Shown here in pieces: positions 46,101 to 58,100 of a stretch of 64,000 nucleotides of DNA. A program made the translations under genes and the position numbers. The stretch's first letter is position 1; each line of letters opens with the position of its first letter. Source of the DNA: Sphingobium sp. (lineage in GTDB: Bacteria > Pseudomonadota > Alphaproteobacteria > Sphingomonadales > Sphingomonadaceae). The notes below the pieces were generated by a model. The model was not told the origin of the DNA. It did not search any database and saw only the letters and a list, made by a program, of their open reading frames with translations. The stretch is from NCBI RefSeq assembly GCF_023266575.1, contig NZ_JAHFPV010000001.1; one strand, written 5' to 3'.

Positions 46101-49100
46101 TGGGCGGCGATCCCTTCACGGTGTCGTGGCGGGTGCGCAACACCGGTGACGCCGCCGCTGCGGGCGGTCATGTCGACCGGCTCGTTCTGTCGGCCGATGG
46201 CGTCGCGGATGCGGATGACCTGGTGTTGGCCGAAGTGTCGCGCGATGCCGGGCTGGCAATCGGCGACAGCTATACCGTATCGGTTCAGGCCCGCGTGCAG
46301 GACGGACGCAGCGGCGATTACCGCCTGATATTGGTGACGGACGCCGGAAGCACGGTATTCGAAAATGGCCTTGAAGGCGACAATGCCGGGGTATCGACCC
46401 CTGTCCGCTTCGCTGTCGCGCCTTCCGGCAATCTGGTCGTCGAAAGCGTCACTGCGCCTGCGGGTGCGCGACCGGGCGAAACGGTAGAGGTCAGCTATAT
46501 CATCCGTAACAGCGGCACGGTGACCGCGAGCGCGCCCTGGGCCGACCGCATCTATGTGGATGACGATACGACGGTTTCGGGCGCGACGACGCTGGCCAGC
46601 ATCGTCCGCACATTCGATCTTGCGCCGGGTGAAACCTATGAGGTGCGTCAGTCGGTCACATTGCCGGTGAACCTCGCCGATGGCACATATAACATCCTTG
46701 TCCGCGCCGATGTGGGCCAGCAAGTGTTTGAAGGCGGCATAGAGGCGGACAATGATGGCGCGTCGGGCGCGCTTGTTCTGACCCATCCCGATCTGGTGCC
46801 GATCAACGTCACGCTGCCGGGCGGCGCCAATCCGCAATCCAACAGCGACATTGCCGTGACTTGGCAGGTCCGCAACGACGGCAGCGGCGCCAGCATTGGC
46901 GGGTGGACCGACAGCCTTTGGCTTTCCCGCGATGGCATAGTGGGTGCCGGGGACATCAAACTGGGCGAAGTCGTGCGCGGGTCGAGCCTGGGCGTTGGCG
47001 AAGTGTACGACGGCGCGCTCACGGTCCGTCTGCCCATCGATGCTTCGGGTGAATATCGCATCATCGTGCAGAGCGACAGCACCGCCGCTGTGCCTGAAAC
47101 CAACGTCGGTGAAACCAACAATAGCGCCTCTGTCGCGCTGACTGTGGGCCTTGCGCCTTATGCCGACCTGGAGGTCAGCAATGTTACCGCGCCAGCCCGG
47201 ACGATCAACGATCCCGCGCGCGTCACTGTCGGCTGGACGGTCACCAATATCGGCACCGGGCTGGGGACCACCGACAGCTGGACGGATCGCGTCTATGTGT
47301 CGCGTGATGATATATTTGGCGATGGCGATGACATATTGCTGGGCGAGCTGGTGCATTCGGGCGGGCTGGCACTGGGCGATAGCTATGACGCCAACCTTGA
47401 TCTGATTCTGCCTGCCGGATTCTATGGTCGCTACACGCTGTTCGTCCGTTCCGACGCGACGGAGGCGGTGTTTGAGAATGGCGCGGATGCGAACCGGACC
47501 GCATTGGCTGGCTTCTTTGACGTGTCGCCCATTGCCTGGGCCGATCTCCAGATCGAAAGCGTGGTCGCGCCGACATTGGCGCAATCGGGCACGTCCATCG
47601 ATGTGACATGGCGGGAAAGCAATCAGGGCATCGGCCTGACCAACACCGGCGAATGGTTCGACAGCGTCTATCTGGAAAAGACCGACGGCAGTGGCCGGAT
47701 ACTGCTTGGTTCCGTCAACCATCTCGGTTTCTTAGGGGTGGGGGACAGTTATGACCGCACCGCCAACTTCACTTTGCCAGATGGCATAGCGGGCGATTAT
47801 CGTATCGTCGTCATCGCGCCGGGCGGGGAAAATCCGGGCAACCAGCCCTATGAATTTGCCTTTACCGGCAACAATAGCGGTACATCGGCCCCGATCAGCA
47901 TCTCGCTTGCGCCGCCACCCGATCTCCGCGTCACGGCCATCTCCGCGCCGACCAATGGGGTCGAGGGCGGCGTGGTCGACATTAGCTGGACGGTGAAGAA
48001 TGAAGGGCTGAGCGCAGCCGAAGGCAGCTGGGTGGACAGGGTCTATCTGCGCAAGGCTGGCGATAGCGGCGCCGGTACGCTGATCGGCACCTATAGCTAT
48101 ACCGGCCCGCTGGCGGCGGGGACCAGCTATACAAGGCGCGAGGAAATGCGCCTGCCGGCCAAAACCAGCGACCGGTTCGAGGTGATTGTCGTCACCGATG
48201 CAGCCGACGCCGTTTATGAGCATACGGCAGAAGCGAACAACCGTTCGGTCGATGATCAATCCATCCTTGTATCGGTATTGCCGCGTCCCGATTTGCAGAT
48301 CAGCGAAATCATTGCGCCTGACAGAGTGACAGCGGGTGCCACCGCCTCGGTTGATTTCACCGTGATCAATCAGGGGCTGATCGAAGCCAATGGCAACTGG
48401 ACCGATCAGGTCTGGCTGTCGCTGGATGACAAGATCAGCGGCGACGACATTCTCGTGTCGCAGCTGGCCAATCCGATCGCGCTCGATTCGCTGGAAAGCT
48501 ATGAGTCCAGCTCCGCGACCTTCACCGTGCCATTGCGATTCCGCGGCAATGTGTTCGTGCTGGTGGCCACGGATACCGGCAACGCCATCGACGAATGGCC
48601 GAACGACACGACCGCCAGCAACGTGCGTGCGCAGCAGATTTATGTCGAACCGGTGCCGTTCGCCGATCTGGTCGTCGACAATGTCGTCACCAATGCCCAG
48701 GCGTTCGAGGGCAACAGCGTGCCGGTGCGCTATACCGTGACCAATCGTGGCGCGGGCACCAGCAATCTTGGCCAATGGACCGAGCAGATCTGGCTGACCA
48801 GGGACAAGAACCGGCCGCATCCCGGCCTTGGCGACATATTGCTCACCAGCGTTGCCTACACCGGCGGCCCGCTGGTGGAAGGGCAGGGCTATGACCGCGA
48901 ACTGACCGTGACCCTGCCGGCCAGCGTGGTGTCCGGCACATATTATATCATGCCCTGGGTCGATCCCTATGCGACGCTGCTGGAAGATTCGCTGGCGATC
49001 AACGTCAATCCCGACGATCCGGCCGAAATCCAGAGCAGCAATTATCGCGCCCGGGCGATCCAGATCGTTGGCACCCCGCCTGTTTCCAGCACGCGCGCCA

Positions 49101-52100
49101 TTGCGGTGACGGATGTAACTGCCCCGGTTTCGGCCAAGGGCGGCGATGATTTCACCGTCAACTGGACAGTGCGGTCAACCGGGGATGCACAGGCCAATGG
49201 CTGGATGGACCAAGTCTATCTGTCCGATGCGCCGTTGCTGGAAAATGCGCGCAACATATTCGATCTTGGCAGTTCCCAGAATCTCTCGCCGCTCGATCCG
49301 GGGGCGAGCTATACCAACAGCGCGACGTTCAAGCTCAATCCTGCCGCTGCGGGCCTTTACGTCATCGTCAAGTCGACGCTGGGCGGCGACCCCAACACGC
49401 TCGACAACGCAAAGTTCGCCGCAACCAGCGTGACGAACGCGCCTGCCGACTTGCAGGTGGTCAGCGTGGTGCCTGCCGCGCCAGGCGTCGTCGCTTATTC
49501 CGGCGAACGGACAAGCGTTACCTATACGGTCGAGAATAAGGGCGCGCCGGTCTGGTCGGGCACGCAATATTGGACCGATCAGATTTGGGTGTCGAAGGAC
49601 CCGACATTCATTGAAAACCGCGCGACCTATGTCGGATCGGTCACACAGGCCAATGAAGGGCTGGGCACGGGGCAGAGCTACACCAACACGCTGGAATTCG
49701 ACATGCCGCCGGGGGTGGATGGCGAATATTATGTCTATGTGTTCACCAACACGCCAAGGCGGCCCGTGGTGCCCAGCGACATCGTCCGGTCGGGCGATAA
49801 TGATGCGCTAAGGGACCAGGCTTTCCGGAATTTCGTATTCGAGCTGCCCGCCGGGACGGTCGAACAGGCGCAGTTCCCGGTCGTCTATCGCGAGGCGGAC
49901 CTGAAGGTTACCGAACTGACCTTGCCCGACACGCTGCCTGCGGGCGGTACGGTCGAAATCAGCTTCCGCGTCGAAAATGTCGGCACGCGGGCGACGCGCG
50001 AGAATTCCTGGGTCGACCGGGTCTATTTGTCGCTCGACGCCTCGCTCGATGAGGGCGACTGGCTGATGTCGCGGGAAGCGTCGCCCGGCGTGATCGTCCG
50101 CGCGGAAAATACGCATGTCGGCATACTCAATCCCGGCGAATCCTATATTGCCAAGGTCACCGTCAGCCTGCCGTTCGAGCTGGAGGGTGGTTTCAACGTC
50201 ATCGCGGCGGCGGATTCGGGCCTTGAACAATCGGGCTATGCCAACAGCACGCTGTCTCCGCGCCTTGCCGGTGTGCGCGGTGCGGTCAACGGCAAGGTCC
50301 GGGAGTATGCAGGGGAGGGCAACAACCTGACCGTGCAACCGGTCACGCTGACGCCCTATACCCCGCCAGATCTTCAGGTCGCGACGCTCAGCGCGCCGTT
50401 GCGCGCCACCCGTGGCCAGCCCTTCCGCGTGGAATATAGCGTCACCAATGTGGGCGGCGCTACCCCGACCCTGCAACCGCAATGGGATGACCTTGTCTAT
50501 CTCTCCCGCGATCCGTTTCTTGACCTGACATCGGATCGTTTCCTGGGTTCGATCCGCCATACCGGCGGTCTGGACGCGGGCGGCACCTATTCCGTGGTCA
50601 AGGATTTCGTCGTTCCAGGAGACCTGGGCACCGAAGCCTATTATGTTTTCGTGGTTACCGATCCGGCGCGCTATGATGCCACCGGCAGTCTCTTTGAAGC
50701 GGACGAGCGCAACAATGTGCGTGGCAGCGATGTGCCGATGGTCATCGAACTGCCCCCGCCAACCGACATTCAGGTCACGGATATCGTGGCGCCGGACAAC
50801 AAGCAGGCGGGCGATCCCGTCACCATAAGCTGGACGGTGACGAACAAAAGCGCGGTCACCGCTTCGGGCAGCTGGAGCGACGCGGTCTATCTGTCGCGCG
50901 ATGCGACCTGGGACGTTGGCGACAAGCTGCTGGGGCGTGCCAATTTCGCCGGATCGCTGCTGGCGGACCAGAGCTATACGCTCAACCTGGATACCACGCT
51001 GCCCGGCGCGGCGGCGGGTGATTATCGCATTATCGTTCGCGCCGATGCGCGCAATCAATTGTTCGAGGATGTGGGCGAGGCGAACAACATCACCGCCGCC
51101 GCCAATGCCACCAGCATCTCGATCGAGACGCTGACGCTCGGAATCCCGCTATCGGCCAATCTCAAGCCGGGGCAGGAGCGACTTTATCGCATCGTCGTGC
51201 CGGCAGAACAGACCCTGCGGCTGCGCGTGGCGTCCGACGATGAGCGTGCAATCAACGAGGTGTTCCTGCGGCATGATGATGTGCCGACCTCCGCACTGTT
51301 CGACGCAACCTATACCGGGCCTCTGGCGCAGGAACTCACCGCGATCGTGCCGGATACGGAACCGGGCGTCTATTATGTGATGGTGCGCGGCTATAGCGGC
51401 CCGGACGAAGGCAGTACGGTACGGCTGATCGCCGATCTGATGCCGATGGTGATCACCAGCATAGACACCGATACCGGTGGCGACAGCCGCTATGTCACCA
51501 CGACGATCAAGGGCGCGCGCTTCCACGAGAATGCGATCCTGAAGCTGTCCCGACCGGGCATTGCCGAGTTTGAGCCGGTCGCTTGGGAAGTGGTCGACAG
51601 CAGCACGATCATCGCGACGTTCGATTTTACCGACGCGCCGCATGGCCTATACGATCTGAAGGTTACCAATCCTGATGGTGCCGAAACGGTCGAACCCTAT
51701 CGATTCCTGATCGAGCGTGGGATCGAGCCCGAAGTCACGATTGGCGTGGGTGGGCCGCGTGTCATACTGGCGGGCGATCAGGCGACCTATTCCATCGCGC
51801 TCCAGAATATTTCCAACCTCGATGCGCCCTACACCTTTTTCCAGGTCGGCGTGCCGGAACTCAATTACAACCAATATGTCTATGGCCTCAAATTCCTGGA
51901 ATTCTTCACCAATGTGCGCGGTATTCCAGAGGGCGCAGAGGGTAGCGACAATGCCAATGTCCCCTTCATCAACCTGGAATCGATCACCAACACCAACGGG
52001 CAATTGCTGACATCGGGCTTCCTGTTCGATCAGCCCGCTGACGGCTTTGGCGGCTTTACCGTCAACATCCGTACCTATCCTGGCCTTAAGGAAATGGCGG

Positions 52101-55100
52101 ATCGGGCCTTCAGCGCATTTCAGGACAGGATGAACAGCCTGTTCCCCGATCTCGCGCCGATCCTGGACGGTGGCGAAGGTGGCCTTGGCGACTGGTGGGA
52201 AGCGGTCAAGGACAAGGTGAGCGAGATCATGCCTGCCGCGCGCAGCACGCTCGATCAGCTCGATTTCGTCGGCCTGTATCAGCAGAATAGCGCCGTTCCC
52301 AGCAAGGATGAAATCCCGTTCATCCCGTTCCGCTTCCATATCGTCGCGGCGGCGACCACGATGACGCGGGCCGAATTTGTCGACTTCCAGTCGAAGCAGG
52401 CGCGCGACCTGCGCACCGCGATCCTTGAGGCGAACGATGCGCCAGCACCTTTGCTGGCGCTGGCGGCCGATGAAGGGCAGTGGACCGACCTCTATCTCGC
52501 CGCGCTGGAGCAGGCCGGTCTGCTGCGCGACGAGCAGGACGTTCCGCCCATTCGGACGAAACAGCATATCGTCAGCATGATGACCACGCTGGCATCGGGC
52601 ATATTGTTCGGCCCCGGCGGCTCTGCGGTTCGCTCCACGGGCGATCTGCTCGCCTTCTTCGATCAAATCCGCGCCTATTACGGGCATCAGGACGGGCTGA
52701 TGGCCGCGATCGAATATATGGACCCGCGCCATAGCGACAAATATGATGGCGAGATACCGGTTCCCGCGCTCCCGGTGCGGGCGGACTATGATTTGGGTCT
52801 GTCCACGCCCACCCATTTCGAAGCATTCCGTATTTTCGTGCCATGGGTGCCGTTCGACCAGCGCGGTGCGGGGTTGCCCGCCGATTTCCAGATTAACGGG
52901 CCGGAGCCGGTGGACGGACAGGAATTTGCCCAGCTGGATTTCTCGCGCTTCTTTGCCAGCGAGGGTCAGGTCAACCGGCTGGCATCGATCACAGGTCCGC
53001 AGACGCTCGACACGCAGGGCTGGCTGCCGGGCGCGGCGGAGCTGCCCTATACCGTCAGCTTCGAAAATGCGGCGGGTTCGGCGCGCTACACGAACGAAAT
53101 CCAGGTCGTGACCACGCTCGACCCCGATCTCGATCCGCGCAGCTTCCGCCTCGGCGATATCAAGATCGGCGATATCAATATCGACGTGCCGGATGGCCGT
53201 ACCAGTTTCGACGCCGAGATCGACTTTACTGCGACCCGCGGGTTCATCCTGCGGGTGAGCGCGGTGCTGGACCTGTTCCAGCAACCAGCGAGCGCCAGCT
53301 GGCTCATCCAGGCGATCGACCCGCTGACAGGCGAAGTCCTGCAGGACGCGACCCGCGGTCTGCTGGCCCCCAATGATGCCAGCGGTAAGGGCGCGGGCTT
53401 TGTCAGCTACACCATTGTTCCTGCGGATGATGTGGCGACCGGCGAGCGCATTTCCGCGTCCGCACGGGTGCTGATGGATGGCTTCGCGCCCGAAGACACC
53501 ATTGTCCTGAGCCAAATGATCGACGCCGCCGCGCCGACCAGCACACTCACCGCCAAAAGAGTGGGGACGACAGCGAATTTCGAGGTCAACTGGCGTGTTC
53601 TGGATGACGTCGGGGGTTCCGGCGTCAAGCATGTGACGCTTTATGCCGCTGAAAACGGTGGCGATTTCAAAATCTGGCAGCGGATGTTGCCCGATGTCAG
53701 CGGTGTGCTCGTCTTTGAGGGCGAGGCCGGCAAAAGTTATGAATTTCTGGCACTGGCGACCGATATTGCGGGCAATCGCGAAGTGCCAAAGCCCGGCGTC
53801 AACGCCATTTCGGATGGGTCCAGCGTCAATCTGGGCGGTGTGCCCACTGTGCCCGACACGACGGCACCCAATTTCGGGCAGCCGCCCGCACCCACGCCGG
53901 AGCCTTCGACCAACGCGCTTTTCACGCAGGCCGAAGCACTGGTCCCCGCTGCGGCTCCGCTGAGTGCGCCGAGCGAATTTGATTCCGTCCTCAGTCCCTT
54001 CGTCGCGCGCGCCTTCGCCACCGGCATCACCCGCAGCACCAGCGAAATCGGCCCGATGGCCATTGTGGAGACGCCGGAGGCCGACTTCCTGGTCTCCGGC
54101 GGCACCAATCGTGGCACGATCTGGAAATTCAGCGGGCAGGGCGGCGCGGCGGCAACACCGTTTGCCGAGCTGGACACGGCCATTTTCAACATGGCGTTCG
54201 ATGCGGACGGCGGGCTGTGGGCGACCACGGGCGGCGGGCCGCTGCTGAGGCTCGATCCCCAGACCGGGGCGGTTCTCGATCGGTTCGGCGATGGCGTCAC
54301 CATCGCGCTGGCGGTGCATCCCACCACCGGCAAAATCTATGTGTCGACGAACAGCGGTGTTTCGATCTTCAACCCCGACGATGGCAGCTTCACCCAGTGG
54401 AGCAGGGACGAAAATCTGCGCGTCGGCAGTCTGGCTTTCGACAATGATGGTGCATTGTGGGCGGTGACATGGCCGGACCGCAAGCAAGTGGTGCGTTTCA
54501 CGGATCGCGCGCGTGCGGAAACCATGCTGACCTTCGACGCGCCCGCGGATTCGCTGGCTTTTGGTCAGGCAGGGACGCGGCTCGACGGACTGCTGTTCGT
54601 CACGCACACCGCCGGAACGGTCGACGATGCGGGTCTTGCGGAACCGGGCGGCGCGCTGACCATGGTGGATACCGCGACTTTGCGGCGGATCGACGTGGCC
54701 AAGGGAGGGTCGCGCGGCGATGTCGTCATCACGACCAGCGATGGCCGTGTGCTGGTCAGCCAGAGCAACCAGGTCGACATCATCGCGCCTGCAACCGCGC
54801 CCGTCGTCGTCGCCACAAATCCGTCTCCCGGTGCGCAGATCGCGCTGCCGCAGGCCTTCCTGTCGGTCACATTCGATCAGGACATGTTCGCCGGAGCGGC
54901 CAGTCAGGCCGGATCGGTGACCAATGCCGAATATTATACGCTCAATCACGCCACGCTGGGCGCGCAGCAAATCCGCGCCGTCACCTATGATGCGGCCAGC
55001 CGGACCGCCTATCTCAACGTCGGCAATATCCCGGCAGGCGATTATACGCTGACCATTGGCGCACCGCTGACATCGGCGAACGGCCAGCGCATGGGCGTCA

Positions 55101-58100
55101 ATTATCAGACCGGATTTGCGGCGTTCGAGGATATCTCGACCCTTGTCGATATATTGTTCGAGGATACCCGGCTGGACCGTGAGACGGGCACCATCTCCTA
55201 CAAGGTGACGATTACCAACAAGACTGACGGGCCGATCACCCTGCCTGCGTTGCTGACGATCGACCCGCTGGGTGGTTTTCCCGGCGTTCCTCTGGGCGCG
55301 ACCGGCCAGACCGACGACGGACGCTTCCTGATCGACCTGTCCGGCGCGTTGCCGCCCGATGGCATATTGGAGGCAGGCGAAAGCACGTCCGGCCGCACGG
55401 TTTCGATCACGACGTCGGCCAATCGCCGGCTTGATTTCGTGACCGGCATCGTTGCGAATGCCGTTCCCAACACCGCACCGTCCTTCGTCAGTGTGCCGCC
55501 GCAATCGGCGACCGTCGGGACGCCGCTCAGCTATCAAGTCGTGGCGAACGATGCCGAAGGGCAGGCGGTGTCCTTCGGATTGCTCACTGCGCCTGCGGGC
55601 ATGACGATCGACGCTACGACCGGCCTGCTGCAATGGACGCCGCCCGCCGGTACGGCATCAATCACCCCGGTGGTGATAGAGGCGTTCGATGCACGCGGTG
55701 CCGTCTCGCTCCAGCGTTTCGTGCTGGCGATCGCCGGGGGCAATCGCGCGCCGGAATTCACATCATCCCTCTCCGCCGTGTCGAGCGGGGAAGGGCAGTT
55801 GTTCGAATTCGAGCTGGTCGCGGTCGATCCTGAATCGCAGCCGCTGACCTATTGGGCGGACGGGCTGCCCGCCGGGGCGACATTCGATCCGGCGACGCGG
55901 GCCTTTTCCTGGTTGCCGGGCTATGAATCGGCGGGGACATATGATGTCCGCTTCTTCGTCACCGATGGCTTGTCCCGTGATGAGGTGGTGGTCACCCTGT
56001 TCGTTGCCGAACGAAACGAGCCGCCCCAGGTGGTGCCTGTTGCCGACAGGATTGCGCGCGAAGGCGATCTCGTCAATTTTCGGATCAATGCCAGCTCGCG
56101 CAGCGATCGCGAACTGTCCTATGGCGCGGAAACCCTGCCCTTTGGCGCGACGCTGAACCCGACGACCGGCGAATTTACCTGGACGCCCAACTATATCCAG
56201 AACGGTGTCTATGACATCGCCTTCTTCGTCACCGATGGCGAAACGCTGGTGCGGTTCGTCACCAAGATTACCGTCGGCAATGCCAATGCCGCACCAGTGT
56301 TCGACCAGCTTGAGGGGTGGCAGATACTCGAAGGCCAGCAGCTTGCCTTCAACGTATTCGCCTTTGACCCCGACAACCCCTATTATACGCCCGCTCTGCG
56401 CAACGGCGAAAACGGGGAGGCGGTTGAAACCAGCGAGACGTCGCGGAGCGTAACCGTCCAGTTGATCGGCGACATCCCGCCCGGCGCGACATTCGACCCG
56501 GACACCTATGATTTCACCTGGACGCCGACCAATGCCCAGGCTGGCGACCATGTCGTGCGGTTCCGTGCGACCGATAACGGTGATGGGACGGGCGTTCCGC
56601 TGACGACGGACATCATCGTTCCGATCAGCGTGTTCAACCAGAACCGCCGGCCGGTGGTCAGCCCGATCGAAAATGCGACGGTTGCCAAAGATGCGGTCCT
56701 GGAAATTCCCGTCAGCGCGAGCGACGCGGACGGCAATCCGCTGGTCCTGGCCCTGCGCAACGAAAGCCCGTTCCGTCCGCTGCCCAATTTCATCACCTTC
56801 GTCGATAATGGCGACGGGACCGGCAAGATCCGCGTCGCGCCCGGCGCCAATGCGCGCGGGGACCATGTCGTCATCGTCACCGCTACCGATGACGGGGACG
56901 GATCGGGTGAGCCGCTGGGCGGCGGCTATGCCTTCACCATCAAGGTGACCAGCCCGAACGAGGCACCGGAAATCGGCTATATCGGCGATGTCGTGGCGGT
57001 GATCGGGGAGGCCATGAAGGTGGTCGTCAATGTCGCCGACATGGACCAGGACGCGCTGACCTATGCGGTTGCCGGGCTGCCCGGAGCCACGATCACGCCC
57101 ACCAGCATTTACGGCAAGGCGCTGATCGAATGGACGCCGACACTGGCGCAGGCCGGCAACCATGACGCTCTGGTGACGGTAACGGATTCCGGCAGCGGCG
57201 TCGTCACGCCCGTGAGCGACACCGCATCGTTCAAGGTGGTGGTGCGCGCCACAAATGCCGCCCCGCAACTGGCCCCGGTGGGCAATCATAGTATCACGGA
57301 AGGCGAAGCCCTGGCGTTCACACTGTCCGGGGCTGACGCGGACAATGACCGGCTGACCTTCACGATGAGCGGCGCGCCGGAGACGGCCTCGCTCGATCCT
57401 GTGACCGGTGCATTTGTCTGGACACCGCCGCTCAATTCCAGCGGCGAATATAGCGTCACCTTCTCCGTCAGCGACGGCCATTCCAGCAGCAGCGAAACGA
57501 TCACACTGACCGTCGCCAATGCCAATCAGGCACCGGTGTTCGTGCCGATGGGCCTGCAACTGGCGCGGGAGGGCGCGCCGATGGTGTTCCGCATCATCGC
57601 GGGCGATCCCGACGCCGACCCCGTCATCTATCAGGCTCCCAACGGCTTGCCCGAAGGGATGTTGTTCATCCCTGCGCGCGGCGAGATCCAATGGACGCCT
57701 GGCTATGCGCAGGCCGGAGATCATATCCTGCGCTTTACCGCGACCGACCCGCTGGGCGCGGTGGATAGCATCGACGTCATGGTCCGGGTGGCCAACGTCA
57801 ATCGTCTGCCGGTGCTCGATGAGGGCTATCACGCCTTCCTGATTGGCGAGGAAAAGCGTTTCACCGTCCGGGCAAGCGACCCCGACAGCGAGGATGTCCT
57901 GACATTCTCCGCCGAGGATTTGCCCGAAGGGGCGAGCTTCGACGCTGTTACCGGCGAATTTGTCTGGACCCCTGGTCCCGGTCAGGCGGGCGATTATGCC
58001 GTCACCCTGATTGCCGATGACGGACGGGCAAAGGTACGCCAGACGATATTGCTGCGCGCGACGATCGATCCCGTGCCGCCAGTCGTCCGCCTGGAGCTGA

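Noticed and set aside
34097-50000. Other long minus-strand ORFs over the giant gene (34097..35755, 36401..37363, 40268..42346, 42917..44320, 44510..45679, 45941..47722, 47732..48820, 49808..51058)
   Set aside because: All are antisense shadows. None shows domain signatures, while the opposite strand has a continuous frame with clear repeat and domain structure.
34320-51130. Whether the regular repeats could be a CRISPR array or a non-coding satellite
   Set aside because: The periods are about 370-640 bp, not about 60-70 bp. The copies are diverged. They are in one open reading frame and conserve amino-acid rather than nucleotide motifs.
51647-55633. 1328-aa minus-strand ORF, the longest entry in the ORF track
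   Set aside because: The translation is Arg/Gly/Ala/Asp-rich low-information sequence with no recognisable motifs. It lies exactly antisense to a + frame that reads as well-formed IPT, propeller, Ig and cadherin-like domains. This is a typical stop-poor antisense frame of a GC-rich gene.
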